Part shown: positions 48,772 through 60,877 of the stretch, piece after piece | How the letters are laid out: each line of letters begins with the position of its first letter | Numbering within the stretch: position 1 is the first letter of the stretch | Source: Candidatus Poribacteria bacterium | GTDB taxonomy: Bacteria > Poribacteria > WGA-4E > WGA-3G | DNA length: 64,000 nucleotides | Direction of reading: 5' to 3' | Assembly (NCBI GenBank): GCA_963665235.2 | Contig: CAXXLX010000001.1 | Location: 4,128,001-4,192,000 of the forward strand | The notes under the pieces: generated by a model | The model's database searches: none | What the model was told of the DNA's origin: nothing | What the model saw: only the letters and a program-made list of their open reading frames with translations | Translations under genes and position numbers: made by a program

Positions 48772-51270
48772 TCAGAATTCGAGGGTTAAACCGAAATAGA
48801 GCAGTCGGGGCAGCTGTCCGCTTTCATCGATTTCCTGCTCTTCAATTTCGACCTCCTCACCCTGTATCTCAAATGTTCCCTCTTTAAGAATAAACTGGAT
48901 AGTATTTTTACGGTTGTAGATATTGAGAATTTCAATGAACCCGCCCATCTTCATCCCAAGAAGGTTCCACTTGCGACTTATTCGGAAATCTAATCTGTGA
49001 TACGGCGTAAGTTTCGCATCTAAAGCACGGTCAAAACTTGCGAAGAGCGGATTCAACCCACGGGTCACCGGGTCTTGAACGAGGACAATCGCACTAAAAG
49101 GGGCTTCAGAGGTACCGCTTAAGTATTGCCACTTTGCTCCTATTTCAAAATCGGAGCTGAAGTTATAGTTCCCGACGATGCTAACGATGTGTGTGTTATC
49201 AAAAAGATGGGGTTGGAAGGACACGTTCGGATTCTCACGGCGTTCCGCGTGTGTATAGCTGTATGAAATCCATCCGAAAAACTTATCCCGAACACGGTGC
49301 CGCAGAAACGCTTCTAGCCCACCAACAAAACCGGTACCTTGATTAAGAAAGTTGGATACCTCATCCTCGGTGACCAATTTCTGTGCGTCCTTGTAATACG
49401 TAGCAAACTTAAACTCGGTTTGAGATGAGAGTGCGTGTTCTATCTCCATGATATAATGGCGGGTGAGGCTAGATTTTAGTGCTGCATTGCCGTTCTCTCC
49501 GAGCAGCTCAGAAAGTTGTGGGCTCTGTTCATAGTGTCCGTAGGCGAAACGGAGTTTGGAGCCGACCGGTAGTTCAATGCTTACGCTGGCACGGGGTTGA
49601 ACAGAGACCTGCTTTATCAGGTCTAAGTAATCAAATCTAACGCCGAGCGCAACTGAAAGTCCAGGCATAGGGTCGTATCGCGTTTGTAGGTACCCCTCAG
49701 CGCGTTGCAAATCGTGTCCGAATTCGTAGTCTCTTATGTCTCTAGTACGCAGCCGTGGAAAACCATCATCGTCATATTCTACCTTGTTCGGATCGGTTTC
49801 TAGTAATTCGTCCAATGTTTCTCCAACCAGCACCTCTTCGCTAAGCGTTGGAAAATCGGAATGTTCCGTACTGTTGGCAGGACTGAAAGCAAACAGAAAG
49901 CCCGGTTCAAGTCGGAGCGAAGGTGTTAAATCATAAACCACGTCTTCACGGAGCGTGTAGACCGGAACGTGTACCTTTAACTTGTAGGCAAAACGTTCTG
50001 TGGATGTAGATGTGTCAGTATCAATAAGCTCGCCCTCTTCAGTCCACGTGTGAGTTCTTGTTTCTTCTGAAACAATTGCATCTAGGTCTATATCAAGCAA
50101 ATTGAATGAACGGGTAAGTGATAAATGGGATGTGAGTTTTTCGGTGAATTTTGAACGGAGATGGATGCCCTGCCCATTAAAACCGTTTTTGAAAAAGATA
50201 GAAGATTTCGTATCCTCAGAAACACTTGTTTCATAAGTGGATTTTATAGCAGAACCTTCAGAAACTTCTATTACTGAGCCTTTAGCAGTTTTTGTTTCCT
50301 GGGTTTCGTCCGATTTAAAGTGAAAATGGTCGGTTGCCGCGAACGCATTCAGTGTGAGGATGTGGTTTTCGGAGAACGGGTAGACGAATTTCAATTGATA
50401 GTCTGAAAAATAGGGGAACTGTTGTTCCTCACCTGTCTGTTGTTCATAAATCGGTCCAACGATGAGGTCTATATAACTTCTGCGTCCGGAGACAGAGAAA
50501 TATCCCTTACCTATTCCCCCCTCAATTAATCCTTCAGAATAAAAAATATTTAGGTTAAATTTTCCATCGAGCTGCGCTTCTATGCTGTCCCGGGCGTGGA
50601 TGTCAAGCACCGCTTGCGAGTCTAATCCGAACTCGGCTCCGTAACCCCCCGCGTAGATGTCAATAGTATCAATGGTTTCCGAACTGATGGTTGAAAGCAG
50701 CCCGCCCCAATGAAAAGGATAGCCGAGCGGGGTGCGGTCAAGATAGTAGAGGTTTGCCCCCGGTTCAGTGCCACGAATATAGAGCACACCGAAGTAATCA
50801 TTGGGAATGCCAATACTGGGAAGCGTTGTTAATCCTTTGAGTGCATCATTCATTGCCCCCGGAATGCGGAGGAGTTCACTTCCACGGATGTCCTTTCGGC
50901 TCACCGTCGGCGGTACGCGTTCCCCCTCGACGACGACTGTTTCCAATTCGAATACGTCACCGAGGTACATTTTCGCTTGTGTGGTATGTCCCGCTGTCAC
51001 CTCAACAGAAGTTGTCGTCGGGGCAGTGAAAGATGGATGTGTGATTATGAGGGTGTATGTGCCGGGGGGAATTTTTGTGAACCAGACTTTTCCATCGGCA
51101 TCACTTTTTTGACGTTCACCGGTTTCAAGGATACGAACTTCGGCACCTACAAGTAATTCGCCTGTGTTTTGGTTATAGACGGTGCCTTCAATAGTGCCCG
51201 TTTGCGCGAATGCAGAGAGCGGAAGCATCACGGCAAAAAACAGACAGATTAAAAATTTGCACAATTTCAT
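48772..51270 (-). CDS. TonB-dependent receptor with acidic loop insertions
   Basis: Paralogue of 46189-48414 with three long extra segments; terminal Phe. Confidence 0.92.
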   Translation of the reverse strand: MKLCKFLICLFFAVMLPLSAFAQTGTIEGTVYNQNTGELLVGAEVRILETGERQKSDADGKVWFTKIPPGTYTLIITHPSFTAPTTTSVEVTAGHTTQAKMYLGDVFELETVVVEGERVPPTVSRKDIRGSELLRIPGAMNDALKGLTTLPSIGIPNDYFGVLYIRGTEPGANLYYLDRTPLGYPFHWGGLLSTISSETIDTIDIYAGGYGAEFGLDSQAVLDIHARDSIEAQLDGKFNLNIFYSEGLIEGGIGKGYFSVSGRRSYIDLIVGPIYEQQTGEEQQFPYFSDYQLKFVYPFSENHILTLNAFAATDHFHFKSDETQETKTAKGSVIEVSEGSAIKSTYETSVSEDTKSSIFFKNGFNGQGIHLRSKFTEKLTSHLSLTRSFNLLDIDLDAIVSEETRTHTWTEEGELIDTDTSTSTERFAYKLKVHVPVYTLREDVVYDLTPSLRLEPGFLFAFSPANSTEHSDFPTLSEEVLVGETLDELLETDPNKVEYDDDGFPRLRTRDIRDYEFGHDLQRAEGYLQTRYDPMPGLSVALGVRFDYLDLIKQVSVQPRASVSIELPVGSKLRFAYGHYEQSPQLSELLGENGNAALKSSLTRHYIMEIEHALSSQTEFKFATYYKDAQKLVTEDEVSNFLNQGTGFVGGLEAFLRHRVRDKFFGWISYSYTHAERRENPNVSFQPHLFDNTHIVSIVGNYNFSSDFEIGAKWQYLSGTSEAPFSAIVLVQDPVTRGLNPLFASFDRALDAKLTPYHRLDFRISRKWNLLGMKMGGFIEILNIYNRKNTIQFILKEGTFEIQGEEVEIEEQEIDESGQLPRLLYFGLTLEF

Positions 51271-51502
51271 AACTCCTGTGGTATTTGCATAATTCGGCTA
51301 AATCTTCGCTGCATTCAACAACAGCGAATAGCAATCAGTAATAGGACTCAGCTAAAAAGCAGGAAAGAGGAGTCTCTCTGATTTGAAAGTATAGTCAATC
51401 AATTTACCTAATTCCTGCTTTATTAAAATTTTAGCAGAATTACGCGTTTTATGCAACGAAATAATTGCGTTCATTCTTGGGGGCTGATTTGGTCCCGATT
51501 GG

Positions 51503-52261
51503 TTATCGCGCCAACTCTTCCCATAATGCGCGATAAAAATTCATGACACGCACAGGGTCGGAGCTGCCTGCGATCTCTGCCAAGCAGTAGCCGGAATATC
51601 CGGACGTTTTCAGCGATGTAAACAGTTCCCGCCACGGATATTCACGGCGATGCAGCTCTGTGATATGTACCAGGCCGATTCTGCCCTTCACAAGGTCAAA
51701 GTTTTTCTTAATGGACCCATTTTCCACTTCGCCGAAGTTAGAATTCCAGCACACATAAACGTTGTCATGGTCAGCGACATCAATAATTGTGCGGATATGT
51801 CGGAGTTCGGAGGTGCCGCCGCCGTGTACTTCCAGGCGGATTTCCACGCCGAGGTCCGCTGCGAATTCACCGCATTCGCGAAGTGCGATGCCAATCTGTT
51901 CGAGGGTTTTTTCCACGGGGACCTCCGCGGGGAGGCCATTGGGGCGTACCTTCACGCCCGGGGCACCTACATCCGCTGCCAGCTGTGAGTATGTCTTCGT
52001 GCCCTCTATATTTCGTCTGACAGCATCCTGGTCGGGTGAATGATAGTCAAAAGCGGAGCCTAGACCGGCGAGTGCAATCGGTGAATCCTCAAACTGCTGC
52101 TTAACTGCTGCCCGTTCATTTGCGGAGAGGTTGACCTCAACGCCGTGGGCGTGCGTCGTCCGCAATTCTACTCCCGTAAATCCGGTTTCCGTACACCGCT
52201 GAATGATAGTCGGAATATCCCAATCTTTTGCCATATTATACGTAACTAAACCGAGTTTCAT
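51503..52261 (-). CDS. Sugar phosphate isomerase/epimerase (xylose isomerase-like TIM barrel)
   Basis: GFTGVELR, RLEVHG, VHI, YSGYCLAE. Confidence 0.85.
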   Translation of the reverse strand: MKLGLVTYNMAKDWDIPTIIQRCTETGFTGVELRTTHAHGVEVNLSANERAAVKQQFEDSPIALAGLGSAFDYHSPDQDAVRRNIEGTKTYSQLAADVGAPGVKVRPNGLPAEVPVEKTLEQIGIALRECGEFAADLGVEIRLEVHGGGTSELRHIRTIIDVADHDNVYVCWNSNFGEVENGSIKKNFDLVKGRIGLVHITELHRREYPWRELFTSLKTSGYSGYCLAEIAGSSDPVRVMNFYRALWEELAR

Positions 52262-52270
52262 AAATTCTCC

Positions 52271-52843
52271 TTATTGAAAAAGTTGTGCCACTGGACAGGA
52301 AAAACCTTCGACAACGTCTTCTCCTGTAAGTATATCTTTGCGTGTGAGTATCTCAATATCTGTTTCCGAACGGTACACCGTCACCGTTTTCACGACAGGT
52401 TCGATAATCCACACAAGACGTGTCCCCGCGTTCAGATAGGCGAGTGCTTTCTCGGCCACCTTATACTGTGAATCTGATGGCGAAACCACCTCAACGGCGA
52501 GCTCTGGCGGGACTGGTGATCCTTGTCGTCTGTTTTCAGGCAATTGTGCTGTTGAAACAAACGCGATATCCGGTTTTACCACCCGGTCACCGAGATTAAA
52601 TGTGGTATCCGCTGGATACAAGCGGCCTAACTGTTTTTCGCGAATGTATGCGCCTAGAGATAAAGTAAGGCTCATACTTATCTCGCCGTGCTCCAGTGTT
52701 GGCGGTGCCAGGGGTATTAATTCCCCGTTCACATATTCGTATCCCTCTATATCGCTCCGAAGGAATTCTTCCAGTGTCATATCCGTTTTTATCGGGGCAA
52801 GGGATATCAAAGCCTGTTCGTAACCGTCTTTTGGAACTTGCAT
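52271..52843 (-). CDS. Uma2 family endonuclease
   Basis: EYVNGEL, KPDIAFV, PELAVEVVSPS, YLNAGTRLVWIIEP. Confidence 0.93.
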   Translation of the reverse strand: MQVPKDGYEQALISLAPIKTDMTLEEFLRSDIEGYEYVNGELIPLAPPTLEHGEISMSLTLSLGAYIREKQLGRLYPADTTFNLGDRVVKPDIAFVSTAQLPENRRQGSPVPPELAVEVVSPSDSQYKVAEKALAYLNAGTRLVWIIEPVVKTVTVYRSETDIEILTRKDILTGEDVVEGFSCPVAQLFQ

Positions 52844-52930
52844 AATTTAAATCCACCTTTTTCACTTGCTTTATACTGCTTTTTTTTGATATAATTTGGC
52901 ATAACCAAGACAGTAAAGGAGTACACAACT

Positions 52931-53758
52931 ATGGCATACGCACTTGAAGACGAATTTGGTGACATCATCGGCAAAGCGCGCCGGGGACAACATTTGTCCC
53001 AAAGCGAAATCGCTGCGGCGGCTGGAATTACAGAGACACAGCTGGCTCACATGGAAAAGTATACCTTAAAACCGACAGAAACACAAGTTTATAAACTTGC
53101 AGAGGTACTTAATTTAGATGGTGCGAAGCTGCTTGACATTGCAATGGAACGTTGGGAGCCCGAGCCTATAGGACAAATCGATGATGGGAGTCTAGACGTT
53201 ATCACGGTCAGTGCGCCGGTTGGCGGGTGGCCGGTCAACGCCTACCTTTTAATCTGCAAGGCTACCGATGCCGCTGCGATTATTGACACCGCTGCGCATC
53301 CGAACCTTATTTTGGAACAACTAGACGCTCGTAAAGTCAATCCGACAGCGATTCTTTTGACGCACGCCCACAGCGACCACACCGATGGGTTGTCCGAACT
53401 TCAAGCCGCTACTGGCTGCGAAACTTACATTCATAAAAACGAACCGAAACCGCGAAGTGCTAAAGAACTTTGCGAATTAGAACACGCGGATGTTATCGCT
53501 ATCGGCGCGCTCATGGTCACGGTGGTGGATACGCCCGGTCACACCCCCGGCGGGTGCAGCTTCCTCACACAGACAGCCGCATTCGTGGGGGATGCTATCT
53601 TTGCTGGGTCTGTTGGTGGCCCGAACATCTCCTATCAAGATGAGATTGATAGTGTGCGCGATAACCTGCTCTCGCTCCCGAATGAAGTACGCCTTTTTCC
53701 CGGACACGGTCCTACGACAACGGTTGGAGAAGAGAAGCAACACAACCCGTTTTTCTAG
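52931..53758 (+). CDS. XRE-type HTH fused to MBL-fold metallo-hydrolase
   Basis: ARRGQHLSQSEIAAAAGI then THAHSDH, TPGHT, GDAIF, PGHG. Confidence 0.88.
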   Translation: MAYALEDEFGDIIGKARRGQHLSQSEIAAAAGITETQLAHMEKYTLKPTETQVYKLAEVLNLDGAKLLDIAMERWEPEPIGQIDDGSLDVITVSAPVGGWPVNAYLLICKATDAAAIIDTAAHPNLILEQLDARKVNPTAILLTHAHSDHTDGLSELQAATGCETYIHKNEPKPRSAKELCELEHADVIAIGALMVTVVDTPGHTPGGCSFLTQTAAFVGDAIFAGSVGGPNISYQDEIDSVRDNLLSLPNEVRLFPGHGPTTTVGEEKQHNPFF

Positions 53759-53792
53759 TTTATAAATTTAGCGTGCATGTGAGGTTTGAGTA

Positions 53793-54815
53793 TTGTTATC
53801 GTATCTTGTCCAGCGTCTGCTTTCGATCGGTTTATCGCTTATAGGGGTCTCGCTGCTCGTTTTCTTTATGGTGCATCTGATTCCGGGGGATGCAGCCCTC
53901 GCTATTTTGGGAGAACGTGCTTCTGAAGAGGCCCTAACACAACTCCGTGAGGAGATAGGGCTTGACAAACCGCTCTACTATCAGTACGGAAAATTTCTTT
54001 GGGATGCTGTGCATCTCGATTTCGGTCGCTCCTTTAAGACAAGACAGCCTATTGTAGACGAAATCAAACGTTATTTTCCTGCGACAGCTGAATTAACGCT
54101 CGCCGCGATGGCGTTTTCAATCCTATTCGGCATTATCGCTGGTATCATCGCTGCTGTCTATCGGGGCCGGTTCTGGGATTACTTTTCCATGTCCACCTCG
54201 CTTGCTGGCATCTCCATGCCAATCTTCTGGCTAGGGTTGATGCTTATTCTACTCTTTTCCTACTATCTCGGTCTATTTCCAAGCACAGGCCGGTTGGATG
54301 CGGTGTTAGATTTGGACATTCAGTCCCGCACTGGGTTTTATCTAATTGATACGCTTATAGCGGGAAATTTTGCGGCCTTTCGGAACGCTGTTTCACATCT
54401 CATTCTCCCTGCAATTACGCTTGGCACTATTCCGTTAGCGATTATCGCCCGGATGACCCGTTCCAGTCTGCTTGAAGTTCTCAATCAGCCTTATATTACG
54501 ACAGCGTACGCCAAAGGTTTGTCACAGTGGCAGGTTATCATTAAACACGCGATGAAAAATAGCATGGTGCCGGTGTTGACCGTCATCGGACTTGAATTTG
54601 GTTATCTCATGGGGGGTGCTATTTTAACTGAACATATTTTCTCTTGGCCCGGGCTGGGCTCGTGGTTACGGGATTCGGTTGAAGCGCGCGATGTCCGTGC
54701 GGTTCAAGGCGGGGTGCTTTTCGTTTCAGCTCTATTTATGTTTGTCAACCTCATCGTCGACCTATTATACGCCTACGTTGACCCGCGTATTCGAGTCGGA
54801 GAGGAGACGACATGA
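53793..54815 (+). CDS. dppB: Dipeptide/oligopeptide ABC permease (DppB-like)
   Basis: PGD, PATAEL, SMPIFWLG, AYAKGL, EHIFSWPGLG, DPRIR. Confidence 0.9.
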   Translation: MLSYLVQRLLSIGLSLIGVSLLVFFMVHLIPGDAALAILGERASEEALTQLREEIGLDKPLYYQYGKFLWDAVHLDFGRSFKTRQPIVDEIKRYFPATAELTLAAMAFSILFGIIAGIIAAVYRGRFWDYFSMSTSLAGISMPIFWLGLMLILLFSYYLGLFPSTGRLDAVLDLDIQSRTGFYLIDTLIAGNFAAFRNAVSHLILPAITLGTIPLAIIARMTRSSLLEVLNQPYITTAYAKGLSQWQVIIKHAMKNSMVPVLTVIGLEFGYLMGGAILTEHIFSWPGLGSWLRDSVEARDVRAVQGGVLFVSALFMFVNLIVDLLYAYVDPRIRVGEETT

Positions 54816-55672
54816 ACACTACGACACCAGCGACTACGCAACGTCATATTTTTCGGAAGCTTCTCCGCCATCGCTCCGCGACTATCGGTGCATCCATTAT
54901 CCTGTTTTTCGTCATCGTTGCCATTTTTGCCCCGCTTATTGCAACGCACGACCCACGGCAAGCTAATATCGTTGTGCGTTTACAAGGTTCATCAACAGCA
55001 CACCTGCTCGGTACAGATGGTGTCGGTCGTGACATCTTCAGTCGCATTGTTTACGGGTCTCGCATTTCGTTGAAGGTAGGTTTTATCGCGATGATTTTTT
55101 CGCTAGGCGTAGGTGCCGTATTCGGTGCGATTGCAGGCTACTACGGCGGTTGGCTTGACAATGTGATTATGCGTGTGATGGATATGATGCTCGCTATGCC
55201 GAGTATTCTGCTCGCCATGGTGATTGTGACGATTTTGGGACAAAGTCTGACGAATGCGATTATTGCTGTTTCTATCGTCTATATTCCGCAGTATGCAAGG
55301 ATTCTGCGCGCTTCTGTCCTCAAAGTTCGAGAATTAGACTACGTCACCGCTGCGAAGGTTATCGGGGCAAGCGACATGCGTATCCTGTTCACGACTGTTC
55401 TCCCGAATTGCCTTGCGCCGTTGATTGTTCAAGCCACTTTAGGCATTGGTGCTGCGATTTTAGATGCGGCAGGGCTCAGCTTTCTCGGGCTCGGTGCCGA
55501 AGTGGGTGAACCTGAATGGGGTGCAATGCTGAATGAAAATAGGAAATTCATCTTTGACCGCCGTGCAGCTTTAACGGTTATCGCTCCCGGCACCGCTATT
55601 TTCTTGGTGGTCTTAGGTTTTAACCTCCTCGGCGATGCCCTTCGAGATGCCCTTGACCCACAAATAGATTAA
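54812..55672 (+). CDS. dppC: Dipeptide/oligopeptide ABC permease (DppC-like)
   Basis: HLLGTDGVGRD, AAKVIGA, LSFLGLG, GDALRDALDP. Confidence 0.9.
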   Translation: MNTTTPATTQRHIFRKLLRHRSATIGASIILFFVIVAIFAPLIATHDPRQANIVVRLQGSSTAHLLGTDGVGRDIFSRIVYGSRISLKVGFIAMIFSLGVGAVFGAIAGYYGGWLDNVIMRVMDMMLAMPSILLAMVIVTILGQSLTNAIIAVSIVYIPQYARILRASVLKVRELDYVTAAKVIGASDMRILFTTVLPNCLAPLIVQATLGIGAAILDAAGLSFLGLGAEVGEPEWGAMLNENRKFIFDRRAALTVIAPGTAIFLVVLGFNLLGDALRDALDPQID

Positions 55673-55685
55673 GAGTGCCAAAATC

Positions 55686-57869
<2,184 letters not shown>

Positions 57870-58041
57870 CTAGAGGGGCGGGCCCTGCTTCTATAAACAT
57901 ATCGTCCATACTGGACTAAGAGGAAGAGCAGAAACACCCGCGCCTGGGCAGCCAGCCCGCTCCTCATACTAGGGGAAACTTTTTCCAAACTCAGGTTATC
58001 TACGAAACGACACGAACCGGCCGCTGATAAACCTATTTGCG

Positions 58042-59466
58042 TCACAACGTGTGTGCCGACAAATTATTGGCAAGGGTTAACCGTCGCTGCCGCGTAAACG
58101 TGCGTGGTCGGGTGAACCCTTCTCCTGTCGGTCCGGCGATAGTCATTGCTAAGAAACCTTCGCCTTCTAAACCACAAGAGGCATAAGAGGGCGCATTGAC
58201 AACCACGACGCTGCAATTCATCGCCTTTGTGTATTGTGTGATACGCGCGGTGTTATTGGTGTGGAGCATAGCGGTATGTCCACGGCCGCCATCTGCTGCG
58301 ACGGCACCGTTGACCGCCTCATCAAAATCACGACACCGAACGACCGGCAGAATGGGCATCAGATATTCGTTGATAACGAACTCGTGGTCGGCTGGCACTT
58401 CTACCACAATCGCGACCGTCTGCGGCGGTGCTGTAATGCCTGCCGCCTCCAAAATGACCTTTGCGGATTTACCGATGTATTGCTTGTTAGATTCCCCGTT
58501 TTCAGTGACAACCGCCTCAAGTGCCTCACGTTGGCTCGCGCCAAGCAGGTGTCCCCCGTTTTGCGTTAGTTCTCGGACCGTTTCATTTGCAACCGATTCA
58601 ATGACAAAAAGTGCTTTCTCGCCGATGCAAAGGAGGTTGTTATCAAAACTGGTCCCTGCAATAACGTGCTGTGCGGCTTTTGAAATATCGGCTGTCTCGT
58701 CAATAATAGCGGGTGGGTTTCCGGGACCCGCGGCGATTGCCTTTTTTCCACTCGATAACGCTGCTTTGACAACGCTGGCTCCGCCTGTTGCAACTAACAG
58801 TGCCACATCGGGATGTGCCATAATCTCTTTTGCTGTCCGCAGATTCGCATCTGCAACTGACGTTAATAGATTAGCGGGACCGCCTGCTTTCACAATCGCC
58901 TCGTTAATCACATGCATCGTCTCTTCTGTGCAGTCCCGTGCATTGGGATGCGGACTAAACACAACCGCATTGCCAGCCGCAAGCATAATAATTGCATGAT
59001 TAATCACTGTCGAGGTCGGATTGGTTGTCGGTGTAATTGAATTGATAACGCCGAACGGAACATACTCAATCAGCAGGGTACCGGTATCTCCGGACATCGC
59101 CTCGGAGAGGAGGTCTTCCATCCCGGGTGAAAGATGGACGGCTCCTTCATTTTTCATCACCTTGTGTTCTGAGTTGCCCATGTTCGTCTCTTGAACTGCC
59201 AGGTCCGCGAGCCGTTTGGCGTTATCAAGCGAAGTCTGTTTGATTGCCTCAATAATTTCGCCTCTTTTTGCAAACCCGAGTTTGACGAGGGCTTCCTGTG
59301 CTGTCTTTGCTGCGCCGATAGCCTCGTCTACAGTCGTGAAAACGCCTGACCGGGTAGAACTCGCCCCCGGTGTCACAGTCGGTGCACTAACTGTTCCGTC
59401 GCGTTGTAGTGTTGTTAGGACTTGTGAAACAATTTCTTCAATCTGTTTCTCATCAATTTGTGCCAT
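58042..59466 (-). CDS. BMC-associated CoA-acylating aldehyde dehydrogenase (EutE/PduP-like)
   Basis: N-terminal encapsulation peptide IEEIVSQVLTTL, PTTNP, ATGG, AGPGNPP, FDNNLLC, PTGEG. Confidence 0.92.
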   Translation of the reverse strand: MAQIDEKQIEEIVSQVLTTLQRDGTVSAPTVTPGASSTRSGVFTTVDEAIGAAKTAQEALVKLGFAKRGEIIEAIKQTSLDNAKRLADLAVQETNMGNSEHKVMKNEGAVHLSPGMEDLLSEAMSGDTGTLLIEYVPFGVINSITPTTNPTSTVINHAIIMLAAGNAVVFSPHPNARDCTEETMHVINEAIVKAGGPANLLTSVADANLRTAKEIMAHPDVALLVATGGASVVKAALSSGKKAIAAGPGNPPAIIDETADISKAAQHVIAGTSFDNNLLCIGEKALFVIESVANETVRELTQNGGHLLGASQREALEAVVTENGESNKQYIGKSAKVILEAAGITAPPQTVAIVVEVPADHEFVINEYLMPILPVVRCRDFDEAVNGAVAADGGRGHTAMLHTNNTARITQYTKAMNCSVVVVNAPSYASCGLEGEGFLAMTIAGPTGEGFTRPRTFTRQRRLTLANNLSAHTL

Positions 59467-59717
59467 TCAGCCCTCCAATATATGAAAGTAGGCATGCTGC
59501 GAAACCGGTGTCTCCGAGCGATGCCTTGCTGGCAATAAATTAAGCGCAGCCGCTCGAAGCATTGCTAAAACTTCCGCGTTGATTCGGCAATTTGTATTCA
59601 GCTATGATGCGGTTTCTGTTCAAGCCGGCTCCAAGCTGAAAATAGCTCAAAACCTTTTTCACTCTCTCCGTAAGGCGCGATGCCGATGTCGCGCCAGGTC
59701 CAGTGCAAAACGTGGAT

Positions 59718-60062
59718 TTACGACTTATCCGCGGCTTTGCTGGCAGCGGGTGCTGCGTCTTTTGTATCTTTGCTGGCAGCGGGTGCTGCGTTACCACCGA
59801 GAATGGATTCTACATCTGAATGCGGACGGGGTATAACGTGTACCGATACGAGTTCACCGACCGCTTTTGCAGCTTCAGCCCCGGCATCTGTTGCCGCCTG
59901 CACTGCGCCGACATCTCCGCGAACCATGACGGTCACAAAACCACCGCCTACCTGTTGTTTTCCGCTCAATTTGACGTTCGCGGCTTTGACCATGGTATCG
60001 GCAGCTTCAATCGCGCCGATTAATCCGCGTGTTTCAACCATTCCTAATGCTTCATTGTTCAT
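59718..60062 (-). CDS. Bacterial microcompartment hexamer shell protein (BMC-H, EutM/PduA-like)
   Basis: [35 protein letters not shown]. Confidence 0.96.
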   Translation of the reverse strand: MNNEALGMVETRGLIGAIEAADTMVKAANVKLSGKQQVGGGFVTVMVRGDVGAVQAATDAGAEAAKAVGELVSVHVIPRPHSDVESILGGNAAPAASKDTKDAAPAASKAADKS

Positions 60063-60229
60063 GTGAGTTAGCTCCTTATCTGTTTAAAAAATAGAATGCT
60101 CCGCACCGTGCACCTCACTTGTGAAGTTGTCTTATGGACAAGCACAGTACTTTTTATCAAATATGTCTTTAAAAATGATACTACAAATTTCAATTTTCTG
60201 CAAATTATTTTTTCACTGTAACAAAAAGT

Positions 60230-60258
60230 TTGACACAATTCGGAATCTGTGATACACT
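60230..60258 (+). promoter_or_regulatory. sigma70-type promoter for gspG
   Basis: TTGACA-17-TACACT with extended -10 TG. Confidence 0.6.
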
Positions 60259-60337
60259 TTTTTTAGAAGTATTTATTGGACGCGAGACATCAATATAGCG
60301 AGCAAGTTCCCGCTAAGTAGTGTGCGGAGGCACGTAC

Positions 60338-60790
60338 GTGAAATCAATCGATTCTAAACAATCCGGCTTAACTCTCATACAGGTTTTAGTTATTATAGGG
60401 GTTCTCGGCGTTATTGCTGCAGTCCTTTTGGCACCCCGATTACTTGGACAGGCGGGCAGAGCTTTACAGGCAGAAGCGGCTAATCAAATAGAGTTGCTCG
60501 GCATTGCACTCGACAGATACGCCAAAGATAATGGCGATTATCCATCAACAGAACAAGGGGTGAAAGCACTTTGGGAGAAACCTGAAGAGCCCCCGCTTCC
60601 TATAAATTGGCTAGGCCCTTATATACAAATCCCAATTACGGTGGACCCCTGGGGTAATCCGTATATCTATATCCGCCCGGGAACGCACGACCGGTACGGG
60701 TACGACCTCATCTCCTTCGGAAGTGACGGTATTGAAGGCGGCACGGGGGAGGCAGAAGACGTAGTCAGCTGGATCCGACGTGACGAATAG
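60338..60790 (+). CDS. gspG: Type II secretion major pseudopilin GspG-like
   Basis: GLTLIQ, ALDRY..DNGDYPSTEQG, W.GPY, DPWGNPY, SFGSDG; GTG 60338 follows GGAGG. Confidence 0.85.
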   Translation: MKSIDSKQSGLTLIQVLVIIGVLGVIAAVLLAPRLLGQAGRALQAEAANQIELLGIALDRYAKDNGDYPSTEQGVKALWEKPEEPPLPINWLGPYIQIPITVDPWGNPYIYIRPGTHDRYGYDLISFGSDGIEGGTGEAEDVVSWIRRDE

Positions 60791-60877
60791 GTCCCCGTAG
60801 TATCTTGAATCATCTATTGACGAATGACTAACGGTTATAATCTATTGACTAACGGCTTCTGATAATGGAGGAACATT

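Noticed and set aside
51379-51402. Fur-box-like imperfect palindrome upstream of the receptor array
   Set aside because: Too degenerate to support without a genome-wide motif
58196-58999. 267-aa plus-strand ORF and similar antisense ORFs in the track
   Set aside because: Shadow frames of well-supported genes on the opposite strand
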